From NCBI GenBank assembly GCA_963807165.1, contig CAWDZM010000001.1, positions 641,471-705,470 on the forward strand: DNA of 64,000 nucleotides. The letters run 5' to 3'. Below are positions 9,385 to 17,896 of this stretch, piece after piece (the stretch's first letter is position 1; every line of letters starts with the position of its first letter). The position numbers were made by a program, and so were the translations under genes. This stretch comes from an uncultured bacterium (GTDB taxonomy: Bacteria > Patescibacteriota > Minisyncoccia > UBA6257 > 2-01-FULL-56-20). Under the pieces are notes generated by a model. That model was not told the DNA's origin and ran no database searches. It worked only from the letters and a program-made list of their open reading frames with translations.

Positions 9385-10218
9385 ATGAAAAAGTTTATCT
9401 GGATTATTGTCGCGGTGGTCGTCGTCAGCTTGATCGCATGGGCTATCTGGGCTGTTATGGTTACAAAAAATTCGCAGTCAACCAATTCAATTACATCACT
9501 GCCGCCAGTGCAGAGTCAGACTCAAAGCGGGGCGTCGGTTCCCGTCCAAAGCATTCCGCGTCCGCAAGATCCAGTGGTTGCTAAAAATTTTCTTAGCGAT
9601 ATACAAAATGCGGATCAGATTGCTCTTGGCGGTACCGTTATCGCATCTCCATATGCACTACAGATCTGGGGTGATGTAAACAAAGGAGGGGAGGCATTAT
9701 TGGAACAATCATCATCAACGGGATGGAAATTAATTTCTCTTGGCGGCGGCGAATGGAGTGTCCTTGCGCTTGTACAGGAAGGCGTGCCAGTGGCAGCGGC
9801 AGAACAATTGGTCGCAGGCTTAACGAGCGGGTCATCAACGCCATCCATTGCTCCACCGATCGCTATCCCGCCCGGAAACACGATCAGTATAGGAACATCA
9901 AACGGAGTTGTGACGATGAATAATTTTTATAACCATGCGGATTATATCTCGCAAGACCAGCAGGCGGTGGTAGTTCAAGGATCCTCGACTTATAGTATTG
10001 TTTACAACATTCCAGATAGCAGCTTTACTTTAACCATCATCGGTTCTCCATTTGATATCGTGCGTCAAGTGATGGAAACTGTATTTTTGAATTCACTGGG
10101 GATATCACAACAAGATGCTTGTAAGTTGCTTGTATCCGAAAACGTCCCGGGCGACTCTTCTAATCAATATGCAGGCCAAACATTCCGGTTGAGCTTCTGC
10201 AGCTCTGCGGTACAGTAA
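9385..10218 (+). CDS. membrane-anchored hypothetical protein
   Basis: MKKFIWIIVAVVVVSLIAW TM anchor. No recognisable domain. Confidence 0.5.
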   Translation: MKKFIWIIVAVVVVSLIAWAIWAVMVTKNSQSTNSITSLPPVQSQTQSGASVPVQSIPRPQDPVVAKNFLSDIQNADQIALGGTVIASPYALQIWGDVNKGGEALLEQSSSTGWKLISLGGGEWSVLALVQEGVPVAAAEQLVAGLTSGSSTPSIAPPIAIPPGNTISIGTSNGVVTMNNFYNHADYISQDQQAVVVQGSSTYSIVYNIPDSSFTLTIIGSPFDIVRQVMETVFLNSLGISQQDACKLLVSENVPGDSSNQYAGQTFRLSFCSSAVQ

Positions 10219-10237
10219 TACGACCTTATTTGCTATA

Positions 10238-10600
10238 ATGAATACAATGAAAAAGATGGTCGGAAGAATAGGGCTTATGGGAGGCATCGCCGCCTTTTTT
10301 CTCTTTCTAGAAACATCCTTCGTAAAAGCGCAGACCCTCACCGATCCGCTCGGTGGCAAGGAAACTTTTATTAGTGTGGCAAATGATATCGCGCATTTTC
10401 TTCTCTACGACATTGCTATCCCGCTTTCGGTCATTATGGTGCTGGTCGGCGCTTTTCAATTTATAACGGGGGGAGGGGATCCGGCGAAGATCTCCGAGGC
10501 AAGGAAAACAATATTATATGCGGCAATTGGGCTTGGGGTCGCCCTTATCGCAGGAGGGATCACCTCGCTCATCAAAAGCATTCTTCCAAACGGTTCATAA
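10238..10600 (+). CDS. VirB2/TrbC-like T4SS pilin family protein (paralog 2)
   Basis: FITGGGDPAKISEARKTILYAAIGLGVALIAGG aligns with paralogs 3 and 4. Confidence 0.6.
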   Translation: MNTMKKMVGRIGLMGGIAAFFLFLETSFVKAQTLTDPLGGKETFISVANDIAHFLLYDIAIPLSVIMVLVGAFQFITGGGDPAKISEARKTILYAAIGLGVALIAGGITSLIKSILPNGS

Positions 10601-10675
10601 TAAACGTGGTATTTTAAGGCAAAATATGAGACACTGGATAGTAATAAAGGGTCGAAACAAATCTTTTAACTGATT

Positions 10676-11059
10676 ATGAGCACTATCAAAAAGTTTTTTG
10701 TGTCATCGCCGGTTTTTGGAACGTTAGCATTATGGGGAATACACGCCTCGGTGGTTTTGGCGCAAACCTCCGGTGCTACGTCTCCTATCACCGATGAAAC
10801 AGACCTTCAGCAGCTCATGTGTAATATCATTGATTGGTTTTTCTGGGTCATCATTATTATCTCGGTGATTATGGTGCTGGTTGCAGCATTCGATTACATC
10901 ACTGCCGGGGATGATACCGAAAAGATCTCGCTTGGGCGCAAACGCCTGACGTACGCAGCGGTAGGGATTGCTGTTGCGTTATTGGCAGCCGGATTCCCTA
11001 AAATTGTTGCAAGCGTTTTCCCAAATACGGTAAACGCGGAAGTTTCTTGCCTGGGTTAA
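10676..11059 (+). CDS. VirB2/TrbC-like T4SS pilin family protein (paralog 3)
   Basis: YITAGDDTEKISLGRKRLTYAAVGIAVALLAAG. A conserved AAAGGGTCGAAAC motif lies upstream. Confidence 0.6.
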   Translation: MSTIKKFFVSSPVFGTLALWGIHASVVLAQTSGATSPITDETDLQQLMCNIIDWFFWVIIIISVIMVLVAAFDYITAGDDTEKISLGRKRLTYAAVGIAVALLAAGFPKIVASVFPNTVNAEVSCLG

Positions 11060-11127
11060 GCGCGGTGTGCTAACATTCTTAAGTACCTAAGAAAGGTCGA
11101 AAAACCCTCTTAACAATTCATTAGATC

Positions 11128-11535
11128 ATGAAAAAATTAATCAATGTAGCAAAGGAATTCAGCCCCTCGATCATCGCGTTAGTGATGGCAGTGCCGGCAT
11201 TTGCCTTTGCGCAGCTTAGCGCGCCGCCGAGCGGTGGCGGAGTAACTCCGGTCAGTGTTCCGCAGGGGAACATCAGTAGTTTGTCGGGAGTCCTTCAGCT
11301 CCTTTGTAACGTTTTCGGTTGGGCGTTCTACTTCCTCATCGTGCTTGCCGTCATCTTTGTTCTTTACGCGGCATTCAAGTATCTCACCGCAGCCGGTGAG
11401 CCGGAGAAAGGTAAAAGAAGCCGGGTCGGTCTTGCTCTATGCGGCAATCGCCGTTGGCGTTGCGCTTTTGGCAAAAGCAGTCCCGCTCGTCGTGGGAAGC
11501 TTCCTTGGCGCAGGCACCGTGGGTTCCTGCTAATA
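11128..11535 (+). pseudogene. T4SS pilin paralog 4, interrupted by a 1-nt frameshift near 11405-11425
   Basis: Frame 1 gives ..YLTAAGEPEKG*. The adjacent frame (ORF 11255..11533) continues ..VKEAGSVLLYAAIAVGVALLAKAV, which matches the paralog C-termini. Confidence 0.5.
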
Positions 11536-11663
11536 GCGAAATCGTCTTTAGAGAAGTTCAAAAAGCCCCGCAAGGGGTTTTTTGGTTTTGCGCAAAAAAT
11601 TTAAAAGATAGAAAAATCCCCCAACAACCGAAGCTGCTGGGGGATAAATTACTGCAATGCGCT

Positions 11664-12920
11664 CTACGAGACGCGGACGCTTTGGGGCATCTCGATATCT
11701 CCATAGTCGCCATTCCACCGAAGGTGGAACTTGATCATTATACGGTTTGATTCGCCGAAACTGTCATCTTTGAATTTGATGCCGAATTTCGCAGAATCTC
11801 CATGTTTGAGGACAACATTCCAGCCGAGGTCGGAAGTAATCCAGTTAAGCGGAAGAGGAACAACATTGCTTTCGTTGTCGGTTGCGGCCCCTCCCTCTTT
11901 CATGGCAAGTTCTTTCGGGTTGCCCTCTACGCTTGTGAAGATCGCGTCGCACGTGATGAATTTGTTCAGGCGGTGAACGCAGTTCTGGACGACAATATCA
12001 AGATCGCCCACTACTGCGGCCACTTGCACTGGCGCGGCGTTCGGATCGGGAGTTGGAGCAGGTGTTGTTTGCGGAACCACCTGTCCTTCAGCGACCCCCG
12101 AGCCTTTTTCTTCCAATCCCTCTTGGGAAGAGGAATCTGTCTGCCGGGGTGATTTCACGGGTTCTTCAATTTTTTTTGGGCTACCCGTGTCAGCTGCCGG
12201 GTCCTTTGCTTTTGACCTCGCCGAAGCCAGAGGATCCGGGATCGCTGGCGTCTCCGCAGCAGGTTTCTGGGATTGCTCATCCGTTTTTGCCTCCACGCGT
12301 CGATCAAAGTTGAAGTTGATGACGATGGGATTGGTGTGGGCGCCCTTGGTGTCGGAGAAAGGCGTGTACAGGAAAAACAACAACGTGATCCCGCCGAATA
12401 AAATGGCGAGACCGACGACGACGAGTTTTAACTTCTTGATCCCCGCGGCACAGGCGATCGCTGCCAGAATGATGATCTGGGTGAGCGCCAAAGGTCGGTT
12501 GTTCGCAATGGGTATCCAAGCGAAGTAGAGGCCCAGGAGCAGTTCAATTACGAGGACGATCCGAAGCACGTTCGTCGCCTGTCGCGCCCTTGAAACGAAC
12601 TCTCCAATAAATCGAGTTTTCGGCGAAAGCATCGCTTCCATCGCAAAGATCGACATCGGCATCGGCGCGGTCATCATCCACATGAGGGCGATGAACACGA
12701 CGATCGTGAGGGTTGGAATCAGGTACCGCACGGGCCACATCGGCGAGCTTGGCAGTGCCACGAGCAGCAGGACGAACGGCCACGCGATGGCCATCCGTGT
12801 CGCAATGGTGAGGCGGCGCATGATGATCCAGGCGGCGCGGCTGACTCTTCCTGCCGCTACCCGCCCGATCTCGGATGCGAGTTCGCTCAGGTCGTGCAGT
12901 AGGGCAAACGGCTCGTTCAT
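11664..12920 (-). CDS. polytopic membrane protein with disordered Pro/Ala-rich linker and C-terminal extracytoplasmic domain
   Basis: ~6 TM helices followed by low complexity and a ~130-aa globular tail. There is a 4-nt overlap with the upstream gene. Confidence 0.6.
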   Translation of the reverse strand: MNEPFALLHDLSELASEIGRVAAGRVSRAAWIIMRRLTIATRMAIAWPFVLLLVALPSSPMWPVRYLIPTLTIVVFIALMWMMTAPMPMSIFAMEAMLSPKTRFIGEFVSRARQATNVLRIVLVIELLLGLYFAWIPIANNRPLALTQIIILAAIACAAGIKKLKLVVVGLAILFGGITLLFFLYTPFSDTKGAHTNPIVINFNFDRRVEAKTDEQSQKPAAETPAIPDPLASARSKAKDPAADTGSPKKIEEPVKSPRQTDSSSQEGLEEKGSGVAEGQVVPQTTPAPTPDPNAAPVQVAAVVGDLDIVVQNCVHRLNKFITCDAIFTSVEGNPKELAMKEGGAATDNESNVVPLPLNWITSDLGWNVVLKHGDSAKFGIKFKDDSFGESNRIMIKFHLRWNGDYGDIEMPQSVRVS

Positions 12921-13522
12921 CGAATCCTCCTGAGTGTTTCGGTAAGGTTGCGGATGCCCGGACGCGCGGCAGCAGCAAGAGTATTAATGGTGCTGTTGGC
13001 GTTTCCAAGAGAAGTTGCAACAAAGTCCCGGATCTTGCGGAAATCATTGCCGCCGATTGCTCTGCCTTCGGACTCTGCCTGCTTGGCTATTTTTAGCGCC
13101 AGTTGCAGGATGTTATCGTGGGCAAGAAAGGCCCTGACGGTGTCGGTAAATTCCTGATAGGAACTAGAACACCCTAACATCAGGAATACTCCAGGCCTGT
13201 CCGCGTCCGAGACCTTCCGAAGAAGGCTCGTAAGTTCGCCCTCTTCATTTTTGTCTTTCCACGCGTCAATGACCCAGTGTTTTATATTCCGTCCGGCTAT
13301 CTCCGTCCCTTCGTCGTTGGAATTTACCATCTTAGCGACTTCGGCAAGGATTTTTGTCCGGTCGCCGGCGTCGACGAAAAGCTCTTTTGCCTTTGCCGTC
13401 GCAGCGGTACCAACCTGTTGTTTCAGCGCCTTTACGGCCGCCTCAACTCCAAGAGTGGCAGCAGTGCCAGCGGCGAATTCAAGGATACCCTGCAAAATCG
13501 TTTTTTCTTCAGTGCTAGCCAT
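12917..13522 (-). CDS. hypothetical soluble protein (201 aa), first gene of a two-gene minus-strand operon
   Basis: Clean ORF with no motif. It is translationally coupled to 11664..12920. Confidence 0.55.
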   Translation of the reverse strand: MASTEEKTILQGILEFAAGTAATLGVEAAVKALKQQVGTAATAKAKELFVDAGDRTKILAEVAKMVNSNDEGTEIAGRNIKHWVIDAWKDKNEEGELTSLLRKVSDADRPGVFLMLGCSSSYQEFTDTVRAFLAHDNILQLALKIAKQAESEGRAIGGNDFRKIRDFVATSLGNANSTINTLAAAARPGIRNLTETLRRIR

Positions 13523-13673
13523 GCGCCCTCCTTAGTGGCGGTTCTGTTGTTGGCTTCATTCAGTCTCGGTTGTGGAGAACTATCCATATTCTAGCACACC
13601 TTATTGACATTTGTCAAGCCTTGTGTTAACATGCCTATAATGGCACAATAATAAAAAGCCACCATATAAACCA

Positions 13674-14726
13674 ATGCCTATTTTTGAGAAATTCAGGAGG
13701 GCGGAGCAGGAAGATAAGGCAAAAGCGGTACAAGATGCGGGAGAAAGAAAGATTGAGGGGCCGACGGTAAAGCAAATTCTTGCGGATAAGGAACAGTCCC
13801 GGCTCTTTGGTTTGCATCTTGAGAAGCAGGGGAATCATGAACTCGGTGCAAGAGTTATATCCGGCCAACTGTCTCCGGAAGAAGTGGTCGAGCTGAGCGC
13901 CGAACGCTCGAATTTTTTAGCGACGATGGAGTCGGTGAAGGCGATGCGCGAGCGGTTGTCTTCGAAAAATATCGAAGAGATCGTAGCGTCTTCTCCGGAA
14001 TTACAAAAAATTGCCGATGCAGTTGGTTCGAAAGGCCTCCGCGAAGCAGTTTTGCGGGACCTTGAACGCCTCGCCATCGCAGACCCTGAACATTTTCAGA
14101 ACATCAGCGATGCGATGAGGGACATCGAGCAGACGGAGGCGTTGATGGAAGAGGAGGATAAAAAGGTTGGTGCGATTTGTCGAATGTATGAGATAGAAGA
14201 AAGTGAATATCTGGTGGCGATACGAGATAAGGATAACCCAAACGCGGTATATGACCTCGTGAAGAGCCGCATGGGCTGGTTTAAAAAACATTTTAAAACG
14301 CCAGAAGCTCTCGGCGCCGAGATCGATGGAATTATGGATCGCACTGCGGAAATTAAAAAGCTTTCCGCAGAGTACGATAGTCGCACGAGGGGCATCGCGG
14401 AAGCGCTGCACGCAACGATAACTGACAATGAAGATGTGTGGAGATCGCTGGTCTCTGATCTCCAGGGGAGAGGCGCTGAGCGACCGGAAAAAGAAATGGC
14501 ATTTTCCGAAATCATGAATACGCCGATGAACGGAGCGGAAGTTCAGAGCGAGTGGGAATCCTATAAGAGGGATCATGCCAGTGATCCGGGATTTTCCGAA
14601 GAACAGGCCAAGGCGGATTTCGCCAGCGAATACATGGATAGGAATGTTACAAAAAAGAAAAAGGGATTTTGGAGCACTGTAACGAAGGCGCTTTGGGAAT
14701 CCTTTATCCAAGGTAATCTAAAATAA
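13674..14726 (+). CDS. hypothetical alpha-helical protein (350 aa)
   Basis: Long clean ORF, charged and helical, with no recognisable domain. Confidence 0.6.
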   Translation: MPIFEKFRRAEQEDKAKAVQDAGERKIEGPTVKQILADKEQSRLFGLHLEKQGNHELGARVISGQLSPEEVVELSAERSNFLATMESVKAMRERLSSKNIEEIVASSPELQKIADAVGSKGLREAVLRDLERLAIADPEHFQNISDAMRDIEQTEALMEEEDKKVGAICRMYEIEESEYLVAIRDKDNPNAVYDLVKSRMGWFKKHFKTPEALGAEIDGIMDRTAEIKKLSAEYDSRTRGIAEALHATITDNEDVWRSLVSDLQGRGAERPEKEMAFSEIMNTPMNGAEVQSEWESYKRDHASDPGFSEEQAKADFASEYMDRNVTKKKKGFWSTVTKALWESFIQGNLK

Positions 14727-14739
14727 TTATTACCAGTTC

Positions 14740-15033
14740 ATGAATTACACATCAGATGCGTTGATGAAAGAATTTTCGGAGGTCGTTGCGTTGGGAGACG
14801 AGGATGCCGCGCGAAAATTTTTAGCCGACAATCTAAAAAAATTTCCACAAGACGTGCAGGACAAAATCATCTCCGCTTTTTTTGAGGAAGCGCTTTCAAA
14901 GAAAGCCGCCGACCTGCATGCGGTGCTTGATTTCCAAAAAGAAGGGATTGCTGCGATTTCCGATTTGGAGCAGGGAAAGCGTAAGCTTGAAGACAAGCAG
15001 AAATTGCTTGACCTTAAGGAAGGTATAAAATAA
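14740..15033 (+). CDS. hypothetical small protein (97 aa)
   Basis: Follows 13674..14726 after a 13-nt gap and is helical. Confidence 0.5.
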   Translation: MNYTSDALMKEFSEVVALGDEDAARKFLADNLKKFPQDVQDKIISAFFEEALSKKAADLHAVLDFQKEGIAAISDLEQGKRKLEDKQKLLDLKEGIK

Positions 15034-15044
15034 GGATAGTTCGC

Positions 15045-15125
15045 GCCCGGGTGGTGAAATGGCATACACGTCAGCTTTAGGAGCTGATGCCGAAAGGCGT
15101 GGAGGTTCAAGTCCTCTCCCGGGCA
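15045..15125 (+). tRNA. tRNA-Leu (anticodon TAG) with long variable arm
   Basis: GCCCGGG acceptor, D-loop GTGGTGAAATGGCATACAC, anticodon loop TTTAGGA, variable arm TGCCGAAAGGCGT, T-arm GGAGGTTCAAGTCCTCT. CCA is not encoded. Confidence 0.85.
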
Positions 15126-15216
15126 CAAAAACTTTACAAAAATATAATTTTAGTATATGATATAACTGGTCATATTTAAGGAAGTAAGTGTCTCGAAATT
15201 CAGGAGGGAATGCGAT

Positions 15217-15414
15217 ATGGGTTTGGATGTTAACAACAAGCAAGTACCGGTGGTAATGGTGAATTTCCCGCCGATGCCTCAGTTTTCTGATTTTGCGCAA
15301 AAAGGATGCGATGGCGAGTCGCTGATCCTAACGCAGAATGCCAGCTATGCTCGAGCCCTTGAGGCTTGGAAAGAAACATGCGCAACCATTGCACGGGCTA
15401 TCAATCTTAAGTGA
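15217..15414 (+). CDS. hypothetical small protein (65 aa)
   Basis: ORF followed by a good terminator. No motif. Confidence 0.4.
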   Translation: MGLDVNNKQVPVVMVNFPPMPQFSDFAQKGCDGESLILTQNASYARALEAWKETCATIARAINLK

Positions 15415-15438
15415 GACACCCGCAGTTCTCGAATAGCA

Positions 15439-15473
15439 ATACCGATTCTTCAAATGAGGTCGGTATTTTTTTA
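15439..15473 (+). terminator. rho-independent terminator (ATACCGAttcttcaaatgaggTCGGTAT + T7)
   Basis: Hairpin plus U-run. Confidence 0.55.
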
Positions 15474-15479
15474 ATAAAA

Positions 15480-16217
15480 TCACTCCTCCTTCCTCCTCGC
15501 ACCGTGAAACGCCTGGTGTACTTCACGCAACTGCTTGTTGGTGAGGTGTGTGTAGACCTGCGTGGTGGAGATGTTTGCATGGCCAAGGAGCTCCTGCACA
15601 GAGCGCAGGTCGGCGCCATTCACGAGGAGGTCGGTGGCGAAACTGTGGCGGAGTAAGTGCGCGTGGATGTGACGTCGGGATTCCCGCCTGCGTGGCGCGG
15701 GCGGCGACAAGGCGCTGGACGGCGCGCGGCGTGATGGGGCCGATCATTTGCCGACGCGGTCGAGACTGACGAACAACTTTTCTTCTGCATCGCCGCGCTG
15801 CGCCATATACGCTTTGACCGCCTCGCGCGCCGTGTCGGAGATGAAGACCACGCGCAGTTTATCGCCCTTGCCGCGCACGGAGAGTTCGCCACGCTTGAGG
15901 TCGATGCCGCGCGGCAAGGCGCAGAGCTCTGCCAGGCGCAGGCCGGTGGAGAAAAACATTTCGAGTACGGCTTTGTCGCGCAGGTCGCGGAGTGAGTCGC
16001 CCTTCGGAGCGGCGAGCAGTCGCTCAAGGTCGCCGTATTCGAGCGTGTCGATCTGCCTCCCGGGTATTTTCGGGAGCTCTATTTTGTCCGCCGAAAGTGC
16101 TTTGATATCCCGCCGCGCCATATATTTTAAAAAGTTGCGCAAGGCGATCGCGTAATATCCTTGCGTCATGCGCTTCATTTCGCGCCGCGCGAGCGCAACG
16201 CGGAATTCGCGCACCAC
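15480..16217 (-). pseudogene. XerC/XerD-family tyrosine recombinase interrupted by two compensating frameshifts (~15745 and ~15660-15710)
   Basis: The N-terminal ORF (157 aa, SAM-like core-binding domain) is followed by a frame-0 segment [26 protein letters not shown]. The reading then returns to the original frame for [38 protein letters not shown], which carries the catalytic Tyr region. Confidence 0.65.
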
Positions 16218-16443
16218 GCTCGTCCGTGATCTCGGCAGGGGAGGAGATTTTCGCGAACTTCAAAAATTCGCGAAAGATAATGTTGATAGTTCTCACTCGT
16301 CCGCGGCGAACGATTCTTTTCGATCTCCAAATAATTCAAATAATCCTGGAGTAGGCGTTCGATTTCCGTCTTGCGGTTTTATTTTTTCTTTCTTCTTCTC
16401 GGGCATGATTCTATTATACGCTTATCTGTCGCAAAACGGGTGT

Positions 16444-16472
16444 TGACTACAAAGAGGTTAATAGGCATAATA
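16444..16472 (+). promoter_or_regulatory. sigma70-like promoter (TTGACT-17-CATAAT)
   Basis: Near-consensus -35/-10 with 17-nt spacing. It drives the unit 16479-16697. Confidence 0.45.
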
Positions 16473-16478
16473 TATGGC

Positions 16479-16697
16479 AGAATATAGCGTAGGTCAATTA
16501 TACGTGCGCGGCAGATACTGAAAACCATCGGCAGATGTCTCTTAAAGCCAGTGAATTTTTGGCATGGGCTATCGACGGAGCAGTGCTCTACGCCAGAAAT
16601 TCCTTCTGGATAAAAAAGGAATACCTGCCACCTCCGTTTGACTAGGGTACCGCCCACTATGATCGCCACCTCCCCCGAGGCGGCGATTTTTTTGCGA
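16479..16697 (+). ncRNA. candidate ~220-nt sRNA, or mRNA for a 35-aa peptide, delimited by promoter and terminator
   Basis: A promoter lies upstream. The intrinsic terminator ATCGCCaCCTCccccGAGGcGGCGAT + T7 is at 16663-16697. Alternative hairpins CCAGAAattccTTCTGG and ATTCCTT/AAGGAAT are present. The only ORF is MSLKASEFLAWAIDGAVLYARNSFWIKKEYLPPPFD (16536-16643), which has no SD. Confidence 0.4.
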
Positions 16698-16743
16698 ATG
16701 GTCATCTGACTGGAGGCGGGGAGCGCCTCTTTCTTTTCTGCCC

Positions 16744-16772
16744 TTGCTATTTATTCAATAATAAGCTATGAT
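16744..16772 (+). promoter_or_regulatory. rpsO promoter (TTGCTA-17-TATGAT), ATG 8 nt downstream, implying a leaderless transcript
   Basis: The -10 ends at 16772 and the rpsO ATG is at 16781. Confidence 0.4.
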
Positions 16773-16780
16773 GAACCATA

Positions 16781-17047
16781 ATGCTTACTAAACGAGTCAA
16801 AACCCGCATCGTCGGGGAGAATAAGAAACACGACACGGACACGGGTTCTGCGCAGGTGCAGATCGCAATGACCTCGCGCCAGATCGACGAATTGGCCGCG
16901 CACCTCAAGAAAAACCCGAAGGATAATCACTCCCGCCGCGGACTTTTGAAGATGGTATCCAAGCGCAGGAAATTGCTGGCGTATATGAAGAAGCACGAGC
17001 CTTCTCTGTACGAGAAACTCATCAAGAAGCTCGACCTTAAAAAATAA
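16781..17047 (+). CDS. rpsO: 30S ribosomal protein S15
   Basis: 88 aa with the S15 signature ..HSRRGLLKMVSKRRKLLAYMKK. Confidence 0.9.
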   Translation: MLTKRVKTRIVGENKKHDTDTGSAQVQIAMTSRQIDELAAHLKKNPKDNHSRRGLLKMVSKRRKLLAYMKKHEPSLYEKLIKKLDLKK

Positions 17048-17739
17048 TGAAGTCCGAAACCAATCATTCCAACCAGCGGGTTGGGATTTTTGTTGATGTA
17101 TCCAATCTGTATCACTCGGCGAAGAACCTCTACCAGGGCCGCGTGAACTACGCTGAGCTTATAAAGAGCCTCGTCGCCGGGCGCCAGCTGATCCGCGCGA
17201 TGGCATACGTGGTGCGCAGTGAGGGCGTGGAGCCGCAGCAGGCGCGCGGGCATGCGCAGGCGCGCATGGCGGAAAAGGATCAGGCGGCGGCGGTTTCGAT
17301 CGTGCCGGCATCCTCGAATGGATCTAATGGTAACGGCGCAAATGGCGACGGTAACGGCGGCCCTTCTTCCGAAGCGAGTTTTTTTGATGCACTCGAGAAG
17401 GCAGGCTTGGAGCTCCGCATGAAAGATCTGCAGATCTATGCCGGCGGTATGAAGAAAGGCGATTGGGATGTCGGGCTCACGGTGGACGTCATCCGCATGA
17501 TGCCGTTCCTCGATGTGATCATTCTGGTGACTGGCGATGGTGATTACATCCCGTTGGTCAATTACGTAAAATGGGCAGGAGGGCGAGTGGTCGAGATCGC
17601 CTCGTTTCGAAGGAGCGCGTCATCCAAACTAGTGGAGGCCGCCGACGAGTTTGTAAATATAGAGAATATTCCTCGCGCGATCATGAAGCCGCGGTATGTA
17701 GCGACGAGAAACAAGAGGCCGCAGTCGGATGACCATTAA
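17047..17739 (+). CDS. NYN-domain (LabA-like) protein with Gly/Asn-rich insertion
   Basis: VGIFVDVSNLYHS, GDWDVGLTVDVI and VTGDGDY motifs. The start overlaps the rpsO stop. Confidence 0.7.
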   Translation: MKSETNHSNQRVGIFVDVSNLYHSAKNLYQGRVNYAELIKSLVAGRQLIRAMAYVVRSEGVEPQQARGHAQARMAEKDQAAAVSIVPASSNGSNGNGANGDGNGGPSSEASFFDALEKAGLELRMKDLQIYAGGMKKGDWDVGLTVDVIRMMPFLDVIILVTGDGDYIPLVNYVKWAGGRVVEIASFRRSASSKLVEAADEFVNIENIPRAIMKPRYVATRNKRPQSDDH

Positions 17740-17896
17740 AAAATAATTAAATTAACCGAAGCGCGATAAAGGGGATGTCATTCCGAGCTTTGCGCGAGAT
17801 CGAAGGAGGCGAGTAGCGATAGGTGCCGCCACTGACGATCTTGCATAAAGCTCAGGATGACAAGACTCTCCAGGTTCGCCGCTTCACATTAAAAAT

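Noticed and set aside
14745-15300. Minus-strand ORFs 14745..15128 and 14896..15300
   Set aside because: They run through tRNA-Leu and antisense to 14740..15033. No support.
15045-16217. Genomic island integrated at tRNA-Leu carrying the degraded integrase
   Set aside because: Sequence beyond the integrase is core (rpsO, pnp, recA, ftsK), and no direct repeat of the tRNA-Leu 3' end was seen. The recombinase is more likely a chromosomal XerC/D-type gene.
16479-16697. Assignment of the candidate sRNA to SRP RNA, 6S, RNase P or tmRNA
   Set aside because: No match by eye to SRP domain IV (GGAAGCAGCC/AGGUCAGG), the RNase P P4 (AGGAAAGUCC) or tmRNA termini. It is left as unclassified.
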